Of a stretch of DNA of 64,000 nucleotides, positions 50,454 to 63,209 are shown piece after piece (the first letter of the stretch is position 1; the number at the start of each line of letters is the position of its first letter). This DNA comes from Malacoraja senta (Eukaryota): assembly GCA_038087875.1 (NCBI GenBank), contig CM075989.1:5766001-5830000 (forward strand). The letters are read 5' to 3'. The position numbers and the translations under genes are program-made. The notes beneath the pieces were generated by a model. It ran no database searches and had not been told where the DNA came from. It saw only the letters and a program-made list of their open reading frames with translations.

Positions 50454-53400
50454 ATAGTCATCTAAAACGGTTTGGGGTCTGTTGAGAAAATTGGTCACTT
50501 GTGTGACTGAATTATTGCAAGCTTGTCTTCCCCTCAATTTAAAAAACATGAATCCCTAATCCCATGCCATATATTTCAATCTGGGTTGTGACAGCTTGTG
50601 CAGAAGCATTTCATAGTTCTAGATCTCTTAATATTTTCCCCCTCACTTTTCTCTTTTATATTCCTTGTGGAGGTGATTATGGAAGAATTTCTGTTGCACT
50701 TTTCTGCTGAAGAGCAGGGTCTATAATTTTCATGTTCTTGTGGGGAAAGTGCCTTACTATGACTTGCCTGCAAATGATGCAACTACAGGAGCAAGAACTG
50801 TGTTTAATGCATTTGTGACAAGTGGCTGGATAATGTTTTGTAATTTTTTTTGGAGCTTTTCTCATGACTTGAATTTGCAAGCCTTTAGTGAAAATGTAGA
50901 AATATTTGGGTGTCCCACTTTTTGATATGAGGCTGTCTTATAAGAGGAAATGCATCTGAGTTTAGAATATTTATAAGCTCTTATCAGAAACCTATTTGTT
51001 TACTGAAAGCCTATGCAATTAAAAAAAATACCCGTGTGTAATATTCAATTAAAGGTTTCAACAGAATGTTAACATTTTTTAGTTCGGAACTTTACTTGAA
51101 CATGGTGTAGCTTGCGAAGGGAAAGTGTTAAAACATAAAGACTAACTATGCAACCCACATTCTGGTGTAGCAAGATGGGATATCAAGTTTTTGATACAAT
51201 AGCAATGTTAATTTCTGTATCCTAAATTAGGAAGAAACTAATTTTCATTGATTGCTGCAAACCAATGCTGCTATATTTGCTGAATCGTTCTACTGTTCTG
51301 TTTGTGCTCTAATAAATTATTTGCCACAACATTTGTTTGGCTTATTTTTATTTTAAATGCATTCACTCTTAATGCCGTTACAGATACAGTAAACACTCTT
51401 TAACTGACCTCTTTCCAACGGATTTTGATTGGAGCGACTGACTTACCGACGGCAGCTTGCACCATCTCCCCGACCGCTTACTGTGCTGTCCCCGGCTCAC
51501 AACGCTTGCCGCGCCAGCTGCCCACCTGCTCACGCCACCGCTGCGACCAGACCTTCTGCTACCACCTCTGGTCCACATAGCTTCCTCAGCCGTGCCTGCC
51601 ACCAACGACCCTTATCTGTACTCTGGCCGCCCGCAACAATTGTCAATCCGCACCTCTCCACCAGCAGGCCGAGGCTGTCAACTCGTCTGGATACACACAA
51701 AATGCTGGAGTAACTCAGTGGGACAGGTCTTCGGACTTCAAACTCATCTGGATTCCAGGCCCAGTTCCAGTCCGAGAGTGAAGAAGGCTCTCGACCTGAA
51801 AGGTCACCTATCCATGTTCTCCAGAGATGCTGCCTGACCTGCTGAGTTACTCCAGCACTCTGTGTCCTTTTGTGTATTAACAGGCAACTGTAGTTGTTTG
51901 TCTCTACTACATATATACAATGATAATGCCTCGCCCGGTTATAGCAGGAAATCGGCAATAACAAACACCATTGCCCCCCCCCCCCAATGGTCCATTATAA
52001 TGAGGGGGTTACTGTATTTCAGATCCTTTAAATTAGTTGTTGCAAAGCATATACACAACATGTCTCTATCAGGTTCTGTTCTTCAAGTCTTCAGAACCTT
52101 CCGTTTTCAAAATCACCTCAAACTCCTAGGTGACTGAAACACTTGACATTGTTTTCCTTTCATTCCTTAATGGACATTGGTGTTTATTTTTCTTTATTTG
52201 TATTATCTCCAATCCTGTGACCAGCTATAATTTCTGGTTTGCTCCTATTCTAGTCCAACATCCTTTGCATCTTTAAATTAGAGCAATAGGATCATACCAG
52301 ATGGAAGCAGGCCCTTCAGCCCACTTCGGCAATGCTGATTTTTTTCTTCCCTACTGTGTAACTGTGCGTTCTGTTCTACAACATATTTTCCAGGGGCCTA
52401 CTATTTATTGTGCACGTCGTGTCCTAGTTCAACTTGTCAAAATGCATCACCTCACACTTGTCAATATATCTGCCTTGGCCCACTTACTTGGTTGATCCAG
52501 GTCCCTTTGTAAACTTAGAGCGTTCCTCACTCTCAATGCACAGCTGATTTTGGTGTCAGCAACAAACTTAACACATTCACTGCATTGTCATCTATATTGC
52601 GCTAATACAGATAACACAATGGATCTAGTGAATATCACAATGACACCATGATCACAGGCCTCAAAACAGAAATACATCTCTCCACTTCCACCCTCGTTCT
52701 TCCAAGCCAATTTTGAATCCAGTCGGCTGGTTCATACCAAAGATAGACACACAATACTGGAGTAACTCAGTGGGACAGGCAGCCTCTTGCATCCCTTCTC
52801 TCTCCGTCCTCTCACCCGGGTTGTTGTACTAGTTTCAATGTTATCGTGTTGAGTTTCACTCTAACTCGTTGTGGTCTTCTCCACAGCCAACAATGGACCA
52901 CTGTGGGCTCTGCATTTCCTTGATCATCATTCCTTTTTACATATCTTTTACTCATTTGTTCTATTTACCTTCTATATCTCTCGTTCCCTTTCCCCTGCGG
53001 GACTTTAACATTGTGAGCTGGCGATTCCCTTTGCCAGGGATCGACAGAGCTCCAACCGCGGGGAGCTCGCGGTCTCTGGTTGGAAACCGACTTTGGGAGC
53101 TCCAAGCCGCAGGAGTTGTTCGAGTATAGTATGGGGCTGAGACGGCATTCTTGTGGGGCATCGTGGAGGATGTTTTGACATCCATTCTCACTGATTGTGG
53201 TATTGGAGTGCTTGGTTTGGTTCTGCCCAAGACCGCAATAGTTATAAATGCAGCCCAGTCGATCACAAAGCAGTCTCCCCCGACATCAACTTCAACTATA
53301 CTTCATGCTGCCTCTGGAAAGCAGCCGATATTATTAAGGACCACTCACAACCCTAGTCATTTTCCCTTCTCTCTCCTGTCAGGCAGAAGATATAAAACCT

Positions 53401-54023
53401 TAAAAGCACTTTTGACCAGATTCAATTACAGTGTCTTGCCCACTGTTATCAGACAGTTAATCAGACCTCTTCCAATCTATCTCTCTAGCCCTTGTAACAC
53501 TACATTCTGCACACTTTGTTTGTGAGCATAAACTCATGTATGATTTTCCTGGGTGGCATTCAAAACAAAGATTTTGCACTCTGTACATGTTACTTTAATA
53601 AACAAATAACTAAACAATTTTTGTGAGTCTGAAGAAGGGCCTCGACCAGAAAAGTCGCCAACATTTTGTGTCTATTTTCACTTTAAACCAGTATCTTCCC
53701 ACACAATTTTCTTATCCTGTATTCCTCAATGGATTTGCCCAATCCAAGCTGCCTATACCTGTTTAGACTTTAGAGATACAGTGCGGAAATAGGCCCTTCG
53801 GCCCAACAAGTACACGCCGACCAGCGATGACCCTATACACTAACACTATCCTACACACTAGGGACAATTTACAATTTTACTATAGCCAATCAACCTACAA
53901 AACCTGTAAGTCTTTGGAGTGTGGGAGGAAATCGGGGCACCTGGAGAAAACCCAAGCGGTCCCAAGGAGAACATACAAACTCCGTCCAGACAACACCCAT
54001 AGTCAGGATCATGGCACTGTAAG

Positions 54024-55329
54024 TGGTGAAATCATTGGACAAAGTCAGCATGGATTTACGAAAGGTAAATCATGTCTGACGAATCTTATAGAATTTTTCG
54101 AGGATGTAACTAGTAGAGTGGATAAGGGAGAACCAGTGGATGTGTTATATCTGGACTTTCAGAAGGCTTTCGACAACGTCCCACATAAGAGATTAGTATA
54201 CAAACTTAAAGCACATGGTATTGGGGGTTCAGTATTGATGTGGATAGAGAACTGGCTGGCAGACAGGAAGCAAAGAGTAGGAGTAAATGGGTCCTTTTCA
54301 GAATGGCAGGCAGTGACTAGTGAGGTACCGCAAGGCTCAGTGCTGGGACCCCAGCTATTTACAATATATATTAATGATTTGGATGAGGGAATTGAATGCA
54401 ACATCTCCAAGTTTGCGGATGACACAAAGCTAGTTAGCTGTGAGGAGGATGCTAGGAGGCTGCAAGGTGACTTGGATAGGCTGGGTGAGTGGGCAAATGC
54501 ATGGCAGGCAGTATAATGTGGATAAATGTGAGGTTATCCACTTTGGTGGCAAAAACAGGAAAGTAGACTATTATCTGAATGGTGGCTGATTAGGAAAAGG
54601 GGAGATGCAACGAGACCTGGGTGTCATGGTACACCAGTCATTGAAAGTAGGCATGCAGGTGCAGCAGGCAGTGAAGAAAGCGAATGGTATGTTAGCATTC
54701 ATAAGAAAAGGATTTGAGCATAGGAACAGGGAGGTTCTACTGCAGTTGTACAGGGTCTTGGTGAGACCACACCTGGAGTATTGCGTACAGTTTTGGTCTC
54801 CAAATCTGAGGAAAGACATTCTTGCCATAGAGGGAGTACAGAGAAGGTTCACCAGACTGATTCCTGGGATGTCAGGACTTTCATATGAAGAAAGACTGGA
54901 TAGACTCGGCTTGTACTCACTAGAATTTAGAAGATTGAGGGAGGATCTTATAGAAACTTACAAAATTCTTAAGGGGTTGGACAGGCTAGATGCAGGAAGA
55001 TTGTTCCCGATGTTGGGGAAGTCCAGAACAAGGGGTCACAGTTTAAGGATAAGGGGGAAATCTTTTAGGACCGAGATGAGAAAAACATTTTTCACACAGA
55101 GAGTGGTGAATCTCTGGAAGTCTCTGCCACAGAAGGTAGTTGAGGCCAGTTCATTGGCTATATTTAAGAGGGAGTTAGATGTGGCCCTTGTGGCTAAAGG
55201 GATCACGGGGTATGGAGAGAAGGCAGGTACAGGATACTGAGTTGGATGATCAACCATGATCATATTGAATGGCAGTGCAGGCTCGAAGGGCCGAATGGCC
55301 TACTCCTGCACCTATTTTCTATGTTTCTA
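54024..55329 (+). mobile_element. CR1 RT 3' fragment inserted in a minus-strand V-SINE (53762-55370)
   Basis: [28 protein letters not shown]; (TTTCTATG) tail; TSD TGTAAG. Confidence 0.92.
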
Positions 55330-55559
55330 TGTAAGGCAGCAGCTCTACTGCTGTGCCATTGTGCCGCCCTCTTGTATGCTTCATTTTTTTCCCTAATGAG
55401 AGCCTCTTGTCAACTAGTTCTCCATAAATCTGCAGGCTTGGCCTTTACTCTAATACTAGCATGTTTCTCTTTCAATATATTAGACCTTATATTAGCAAGA
55501 TCCAAAACGCTGAAATCGGTTCCCTCAATCTCTGCATTCCATTTTTCCTTTAAAAGAAA

Positions 55560-55790
55560 ACTCTGTTTTTCACACACAGTATTGGAATTCTCTGCCTCAG
55601 AGCGCAGTGGAGGCCGGTTCTCTGGATGCTTTCAAGAGAGAGCTAGAAAGGGATCTTGAAGATAGAGGAGTCGGGGGATATGGGGAGAAGGCAGGAACAG
55701 GGTACTGATTGTGGATGATCAGCCGTGATCACATTGAATGGCTGGCTTGAAGGGCCGAATGGTCTACTCCTGAACCTATTGTCCATTGTA
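55560..55790 (+). mobile_element. CR1 3' end
   Basis: GGAATTCTCTGCCTCAG..TTCAAGAGAGAGCTAG..GAAGGGCCGAATGG. Confidence 0.7.
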
Positions 55791-56221
55791 CCATTCTGGT
55801 TATGCTATTGGCCATTTTCTCTTTCACCTTATTTTGTGACAGTATTAAATTTGATTGGCAATACCCCAGCGAAGTACTTTGCGATGTTTGTGACCTAAGA
55901 GTGAACCATTATTTTTTTAAATGCACCAAGCCTTTCCTTTAAAAACCTACTTTAATCACATGTAATCACGTCAAAAGAATGAGGAAAGAATGTCAAAATA
56001 AAGTATCAACAAGTGAGTGAATTGATATTAGTACGTGGTGAGCTACTAAATTTAGATTTTGTGCTGAAAGGGAAGTTGAGTGATCCAAGATGGACCACAG
56101 TCTAGGTTCCTTACACTGCAGGCTATTGAGGGACAGAGTCTGGTGGAGGCACCCCTCAAACAAGGGAAGGGATATCACTGCGGGGAGGCCACAAGAATGG
56201 CAACGGTTCCTGGCTTAAGGA

Positions 56222-56630
56222 TAGAAACATTCAAAATGATCATGGCTGATCAAACAAAATCAGTATCCCATTCCTGCTTTTCCCCCATAGATCTTGATTC
56301 TGTTAGCCCTAAGAGCTAAATCTAACTCTCTTGAAAACCTCCAGTGGATTGGCCCCCACTGCCTCCTGAGGCAGAGAATTCCACAGATTCACAACTTTGG
56401 GTGAAAAAGTTTTTCCTCACCTCAGTCCTAAATGGCCTACCCCTTACTCTTAAACTGTGACCCCTAGTTCTGGACTCCCCCAACATGGGGAACATTTTTC
56501 CTGCATCTAGCTTGTCTAATCCCTTAAGAATGTTACATGTTTTTATAAGATGCCCTCTCATCCTTCTAAATTCCAGTGAAGGCCAATATGCCATTTGCTT
56601 TCTTCACTGCCTGCTGTACCTGCATGCTTA
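56222..56630 (-). mobile_element. CR1 3' fragment
   Basis: SLEFRRMRGHLIKT..FFTQ peptide. Confidence 0.75.
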
Positions 56631-59560
56631 CTTTAGTTGCGAACAAGACACTAATGAATGTATAAACGCTGAGATTGTCAGAAGAGATTTTGCACTGTTT
56701 TTATTTTACATATTTTATTCTGAACAAGGTTTATTTTTGAAAATAAAGTAAAGATATGACAACGTTTTAGAGAACACGCACAGCAAAACCGTGTTAGCAC
56801 GCAACAAAAGCTTTTCACTGTACCTCGGTACACGTGACAATAAACTAAACTGATAAACTGATTGAGAGGGAAGTTTAGGAAACGCTACTAGAAGCTATTA
56901 AAAGATGGCACGGTGGCGCAGCGGTAGATTTGCTACCTTACAGCGCATGCAGCGCCGGAGACCAGGTTTCAACCCCGACTATGGGTGCTGACTACGGAGT
57001 TTGTACGCTCGCCCCGTGATCAGGTGAATGTTTCTCAGCCTGTGTCACTAGGTTTTATTTTGCAAGTATTTCATTGTACTTAAATAATGCAGTACTTATT
57101 AAGTAAGTATTTAATCCACTATTTATTTGGATGAATAATCCCAATAACACACCTCCTAATTAGTACCTTACAATGTGATGAGGTAGTATTTTGAGACTTT
57201 GTATTTCAAGACTTGTTCTGCTGGCTGAATTGAGCATCTGTAGTGTCAATCTTGATTTTCAAGCCAATTTTGTATCCAATCGGCTGGTTCATACCAAAGA
57301 TAGACACAGAATACTGGAGTCACTCAGCGGGACAGGCAGCATCTTGCATCCCTTCTCTCTCCATCCTCTCACCCTAGTTGTTATACTAGTTTCAATGTTA
57401 TCGTGTGGAGTTGCACTCTAACTTGTTCTGATCTTCCCCACAGCCAACAATGGACCACTGTGGGCTCCGCATTTCCTTGATCATCATTCCTTTTTACATA
57501 TCTTTTACTCATTTGTTCTATTTACCTTCTATATCTCTCGTTCCCTTTCCCCTGCGGGACTTTAACATTGTGAGCTGGCGATTCCCTTTGCCAGGGATCG
57601 ACAGAGCTCCAACCGCGGGGAGCTCGCGGTCTCTGGTTGGAAACCGACTTTGGGAGCTCCAAGCCGCAGGAGTTGTTCGAGTATAGTATGGGGCTGAGAC
57701 GGCATTCTTGTGGGGCATCGTGGAGGATGTTTTGACATCCATTCTCACTGATTGTGGTATTGGAGTGCTTGGTTTGGTTCTGCCCAAGACCGCAATAGTT
57801 ATAAATGCAGCCCAGTCGATCACAAAGCAGCTTCCCCCGACATCAACTTCAACTATACTTCATGCTGCCTCTGGAAAGCAGCCAATATTATTAAGGACCA
57901 CTCACAACCCTAGTCATTTTCCCTTCTCTCTCCTGTCAGGCAGAAGATATAAAACTTTAAAAGCACTTTTGACCAGATTCAATTACAGTGTCTTGCCCAC
58001 TGTTATCAGACAGTTAATCAGACCTCTTCCAATCTATCTCTCACTAGCCCTTGTAACACTACATTCTGCACACTTTGTTTGTGAGCATATACTCATGTAT
58101 GATTTTCTCACTTAAGAATGTTACATGTTTTTATAAGATGCCCTCTCATCCTTCTAGATTCCAGTGAAGGCCAATATGCCATTTGCTTTCTTCACTGCCT
58201 GCTGTACCTGCATGCTTACTTTAGTTGCGAACAAGACACTAATGAATGTATAAAGGCTGAGATTGTCAGAAGAGATTTTGCACTGTTTTTATTTTACATA
58301 TTTTATTCTAAACAAGGTTTATTTTTGAAAATAAAGTAAAGATATGACAACGTTTTAGAGGACACGCACAGCAAAACAGTGTTAGCACGCAACAAAAGCT
58401 TTTCACTGTACCTCGGTACACGTGACAATAAACTGATCAAGAGGGAAGTTTAGGAAACACTACTAGAAGCTATTAAAAGATGGCACGGTGGCGCAGCGGT
58501 AGATTTGCTACCTTACAGCGCATGCAGCGCCGGAGACCCGGGTTCGACCCCGACTATGGGTGCTGACTACGGAGTTTGTACGCTCGCCCTGTGATCAGGT
58601 GAATGTTTCTCAACCTGTGTCATTAGGTTTTATTTTGCAAGTATTTTATTGTATTTAAATAATGCAGTACTTATTTAATCCAATACTTATTTGGATGAAT
58701 AATCCCAATAACACACCTCCTAATTAGTACCTTACAATGTGATGAGGTAGTATTTTGAGACTTTGTATTTCAAGACTTGTTCTGCTGGCTGAATTGAGCA
58801 TTTTTGGCATCAATCTTGATTTTCCAGTTTATAAATGATTTAAATGATAAATTTAAATGAGTTTCTCCAGCATTTTTGTCCACCTTTGATTATTCCCACA
58901 TCTGCAGTTCTTTCTTAAACATAAATGATAAACTAATACTTGGCCTAAAATGCACGTTGATAAAGTACATTATTTTGTTCAACGGTTACTTCCTGTGAAG
59001 TGTGAACCAGTAGTTTTAGGGGATGTTGCCTTGTTTTCCTCTATTCTCTGTGAATGGATGAGGTGGAGTCACTAACGTAATCGATGCTGTGGGGCCAAGC
59101 TATTCCCTTCTCCACTCTCGAAAGCCCTCACCATCTCAATGACAAGATCAACATGAGACAGCCCATTCAACCAACCTTCCTCCATTCAAAGGACTGATGT
59201 TCTCACCAACCCCATTGCTACATTTAATTTTTTCTTAAATAATTGCAAGGATTTTGTCACCAGTGGTTTTTTGTTAAACAAAGAATTTGTTTGTCTGCTT
59301 ATAACAGTTTATGCATATTAGAGTCTGTTGTACATCAATTTAGTTTTTAACTTTGTAGAGGTGACAGTCTGTTTGGCACAGACATTGTGGGCCGAAGGGC
59401 CTGTTCTTGTGCCTTACTCTTCTGTGTTCCAGTACTCCATAACTTCTTGTTAATCAGAGATCAATGGGTTTTTAGATATTGGGAGAATCTGGGAACATGG
59501 GATTCATGCAAGTAAGTGGCGTTGTGGTAAATGATCAACAATGATCATATTGAGTGATTC

Positions 59561-59882
59561 AGGGCGGCACGGTGGCGCAGCGGTAGATTTGCTGCCTTAG
59601 AGCGCTTGCAGCGCCGGAGACCCGGGTTCGACCCCGACTACGGGTGCTGACTTTACGGAGTTTGTATGTTCTCCCCGTGATCATGTGAGTTTTCTCCAAG
59701 ATCTTCAGTTTTCTCCCACACTCCAAAGACGTACAGGTTTGTAGGTTAATTGGCTTGAATTTGTATACTTTGTATAAGTGTAAATTGTCCCTGGTGTGTG
59801 TAGCCTTATGTTAATGTGCAGGGATCACGGGTTGGTGCGGTCTCGGTGGGCCGAAGGGCCTGTATCCACGCTGTATCTCTAA
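59561..59882 (+). mobile_element. V-SINE (HE1-like), full length
   Basis: GGGCGGCACGGTGGCGCAGCGGTAG (A box), GGTTCGACCC (B box), V core. Confidence 0.88.
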
Positions 59883-60367
59883 AAAATACATTGCTCCTCA
59901 TGTTAATTAGGGGTCATGAAGGTTAATTACGTGTGATAAAGCTTATCCCTAACCAAAAGAAAAATACATAGCCTGTATCCTTCAATCATTTTTATAGCCC
60001 TGGTGATTTTGTAATTATAACAGAGAGGGGAAAAAATGCTTTGCTTGAGCACCCAACACCATTTCTTGAAAACATCCAAAAGTATTTTCCTTCGATGTAA
60101 ACAAATCTTTTTACTACTCATTATAGAGACATTAGTTTGATTTGGTTATAACATGATCCTTTTCTTTATTGATCCTTGTTCATTACAGAGTCATCTTCAT
60201 TCAATTAGCACACACAATCAATCAAAACTGATGAAATGTGAGGATTTAGAGCAATTTTTTAATAACATTGCGATAGTGTAGTCGGAATGTTAAAATCATT
60301 ATTTTTTAATAGAAAATGACTGCAAAATTCACGCTTAATGGACAGCCTGGGATGGCTCACAGAAGAA

Positions 60368-60472
60368 TCCTCCATCAGTCTGAAGAAGGGTTTCAGCCCG
60401 AAACGTTGCCTATTTCCTTCGCTCCATAGATGCTGCTGCACCCGCTGAGTTTCTCCAGCACTTTTGTCTACC
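60368..60472 (+). mobile_element. 105-bp Penelope-derived insert with intact hammerhead core
   Basis: CTGAAGA-AGGGTTTCAGCCC-GAAACGTT; 15-bp TSD TGGCTCACAGAAGAA. Confidence 0.8.
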
Positions 60473-60703
60473 TGGCTCACAGAAGAAGCTCTGTGAGAAG
60501 ATCTAAAACAAGGAGATTAATAATGACTTAATTGACGAAGATGTAGAAACAAGGAACTGCAGATGCTGGTTTACAAGAAAAATACATGGACTGGGCAGCA
60601 TCTCTGGAGAACTTGGATACGTGACATTACCGGCTGAAACTTTCTTCAGTCTGAAATGTTGCCTGTCTACATTCTCCAGAGATGCCGCCTGCTTGCTGAG
60701 TTA

Positions 60704-60920
60704 AGGGCCTGTCCCACTTTCACAACCTAATTCACAACCTTTTTTTACTCTTGGACATTTTTCATCAGGCTAGAAAAACGCCCTGACCTACTTGATGCCA
60801 CGAGTACCTACGACTAGCATCACGACCTCCTACGACCTTGTGACGACCATGCTGCGAGTATGAGTCAAGGGCAAACTCGGCAGAGGTCGTGAATTAGGTT
60901 GTGAAAGTGGGACAGGCCCT
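60704..60920. mobile_element. PIF/Harbinger-type MITE, 217 bp, inside a Penelope repeat
   Basis: TIR AGGGCCTGTCCCACTTTCACAACCTAATTCAC; TTA TSD splits the host motif CTGAG-TTA-(C/T)TCCAGC. Confidence 0.88.
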
Positions 60921-61229
60921 TTATTCCAGCATTCTGTGTCTTTTTTGGTGAATCAGCATCTGCAGTTCCTTATTTCTACATTTGATTGACCAGGAATTGT
61001 TTTGAGAAAACAACAATGGATTATGTTCTGTGAAATAGTGTAGGCTAGACCCAAACCAGAATGTAATATATTCTCTGCTTGCTAAGGCCCCAAGATCTTG
61101 ATGATAATAGATTGTGAAGAGCTAATTGTTTCTATATAATAAGAAATAACCTGAGGTCTAAGTTCAGACTGAATGCCTAAGTGATGTGATCTGATCATCA
61201 GACCCACATAGGGAATAAATAGGGTCCAT

Positions 61230-61355
61230 GAAAGAACTGCAGATGCTGGTTTAAGTCGAAGATAGGTACAAAATGCTGGAGTAACTCAACGGGACTGGCA
61301 GCATCTCTGGGGAGAAGGAATGGGTGACGTTTCGGGTCGAGACCCTTCTTCAGTC
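61230..61355 (-). mobile_element. Penelope-derived repeat with consensus hammerhead core
   Basis: Minus strand CTGAAGAAGGGTCTCGACCCGAAACGTC (61353 to 61326). Confidence 0.78.
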
Positions 61356-61539
61356 TAATAATTCAGGGAATAAGGCCCTTGTATTAGCTGTCAGGTACCA
61401 ATCTGTTCCTGATTATTTCAATGCCAATGATGAGGAAACCAAACACTTGGTGATGTGGAAAATAGAAGGTGATGCTATGGCAACCTGTAGGAAGGATGTG
61501 TATGAATGTAGAAGATAGACACAAAAAACATTTTTAGTT

Positions 61540-61870
61540 AGTTTAGTTTATTGTCACATGTACTGAGGCAGAGTGAAAAGCTTTTGTTGCTAACCAGTTA
61601 GTGGAAAGACAATACATGTTTACAATCGAGCCACTCACTGTGTACAGATATGTGATAAAGGGAGGAACGTGAATTACGTTTAGTGCAAGATAAAGCCAGT
61701 AAAGTTCGATCAAAGATAGTCCGAGGGTCTCTAATGAGGTTGATAGTAGTTCAGGACTGCTCGCTACTTGAGGTAGGATGGTCCAATTGCCTGATAACAG
61801 CTGGTAACAAACTGTCCCTGAATCTGGAGGTGTGCGTATTCACACTTCTATACCTTTTGCCCGATGGGGG
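61540..61870 (-). mobile_element. Rex1/Babar-type LINE 3' tail
   Basis: PSGKRYRSVNTHTSRFRDSLLPAVIRQL; GTGACAATAAA-(CTAAA)n tail. Confidence 0.65.
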
Positions 61871-62917
61871 ATGGGAGGAAATGCTGAAGTAACTCAGCGG
61901 GTCAGGCAGCATCTCTGAAGAAAAGGAGTAGGTGGCGCTTCGGGTCTGACCCAAAATGTCATCTATTCCTTTTCTCCAGAGATGCTGCCTGACTCGTTGG
62001 GTTACTCCAGCATTTTATGTCTATCTGTGGCATCCAATTGTCCAGCTTCAATGCTAAAACCATAGTCAAAATAGGTTAGGACTGGACACTACATTGAAGG
62101 AGAACAGAAAGATAAGGATGGTGAAGGGTCTTGCGAGCATGATTTATGCCATTTCCAAACCCCAGAACCACTTGAAAATTTGTCACCAGCAACCTACTGG
62201 AGTGTCCATGAGTCAATGATTGCTGGTTTCCACAAGTCCATGTTCTGTCTCAACAGACAGTATATCGAGCAAACTGCAAGTGCTCGTGCTTTGATGTTGC
62301 ACTTAAGAGTCTGAATAAAACTAAATATTCCTTTCACCAGTTGACAGCAGTGTGATTCTAAAGTGAGTGAATTCAGTAGCACAGTGTGCACTAAAAATAG
62401 CAGAAAGACCCACAATATATCTTGTATGCTTTACAACCGAGTAAAAAAATACCGCACTAACACATCACGTGGAAAGTGAATGGTAATTTGCAGTTCCTCA
62501 CATAAATCTGCTTGCTCCAAAGCTATAAAACTTCCAATTAGTGATTCTTACAGTGCTCTCGTCTTTGCAAAAGCACGAAGTTGTTCTTTGCTCTTGAGGC
62601 TTGTTGGTAAAGCTGAGCATTTGCTATTAACCATTCATGTGTACACTCGGCACCCCTGGACATCAACAATACTCATCAAAACAAACATCAAACAGAAAAA
62701 TCTAATCAATGACTCAAAAGCTGGTGGTGGATTGAAAGCCATTTTGATTTGTAATTTTTGATTATAGGTACAATTTGTTCATTCCAGTGTAAACATATAG
62801 TCCCTTTTATATTAAAACAATATTTGGATAGCACCTTTTTGGAATAGGAAGAGCAACGATCCATATTAATCAACCTTCTCCGAAGGTCTAAATCTTCATT
62901 CACTTCAGTTGCTTTAC

Positions 62918-63209
62918 TTTGGAGATACAGCGTGGAAATTGGCCCTTTGGCCCACCGAATCTGTGCCAATCAGTGATCAACCCCATACACTGGCACTATC
63001 CTACACACTGGGAACAAATTACAATTCACGGAAACCAATTAACCTGCAAATCTTTGGAGTGTGGGAGTAAACCACATCACCCGGAGAAAGCCCACGCGAT
63101 CGCGGGGAGAACGTACAAACTCTGTACAGACAGCACCTGTAGTCAGGATAGAACCCTGGTCCCTGCCGCTGGAAGGCAACAACTCCACTGCTGTGCCACC
63201 GTGCCACCC
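62918..63209 (-). mobile_element. V-SINE (HE1-like)
   Basis: Reverse complement of head and V core. Confidence 0.8.

Larger units (their letters stand above)
52703..58824. repeat. Local duplication A-X-B-A'-B'
   Basis: A 52703-53548 matches A' 57260-58107; B 56523-57260 matches B' 58111-58824; duplicated ORFs visible in the ORF track. Confidence 0.9.

Noticed and set aside
53827..54516. 229-aa chimeric ORF as a novel RT gene
   Set aside because: Chance fusion of an antisense SINE with a truncated CR1 RT, frameshifted at ~54510
59561..59640. tRNA gene
   Set aside because: A/B boxes belong to a SINE head followed by the V core; many decayed copies
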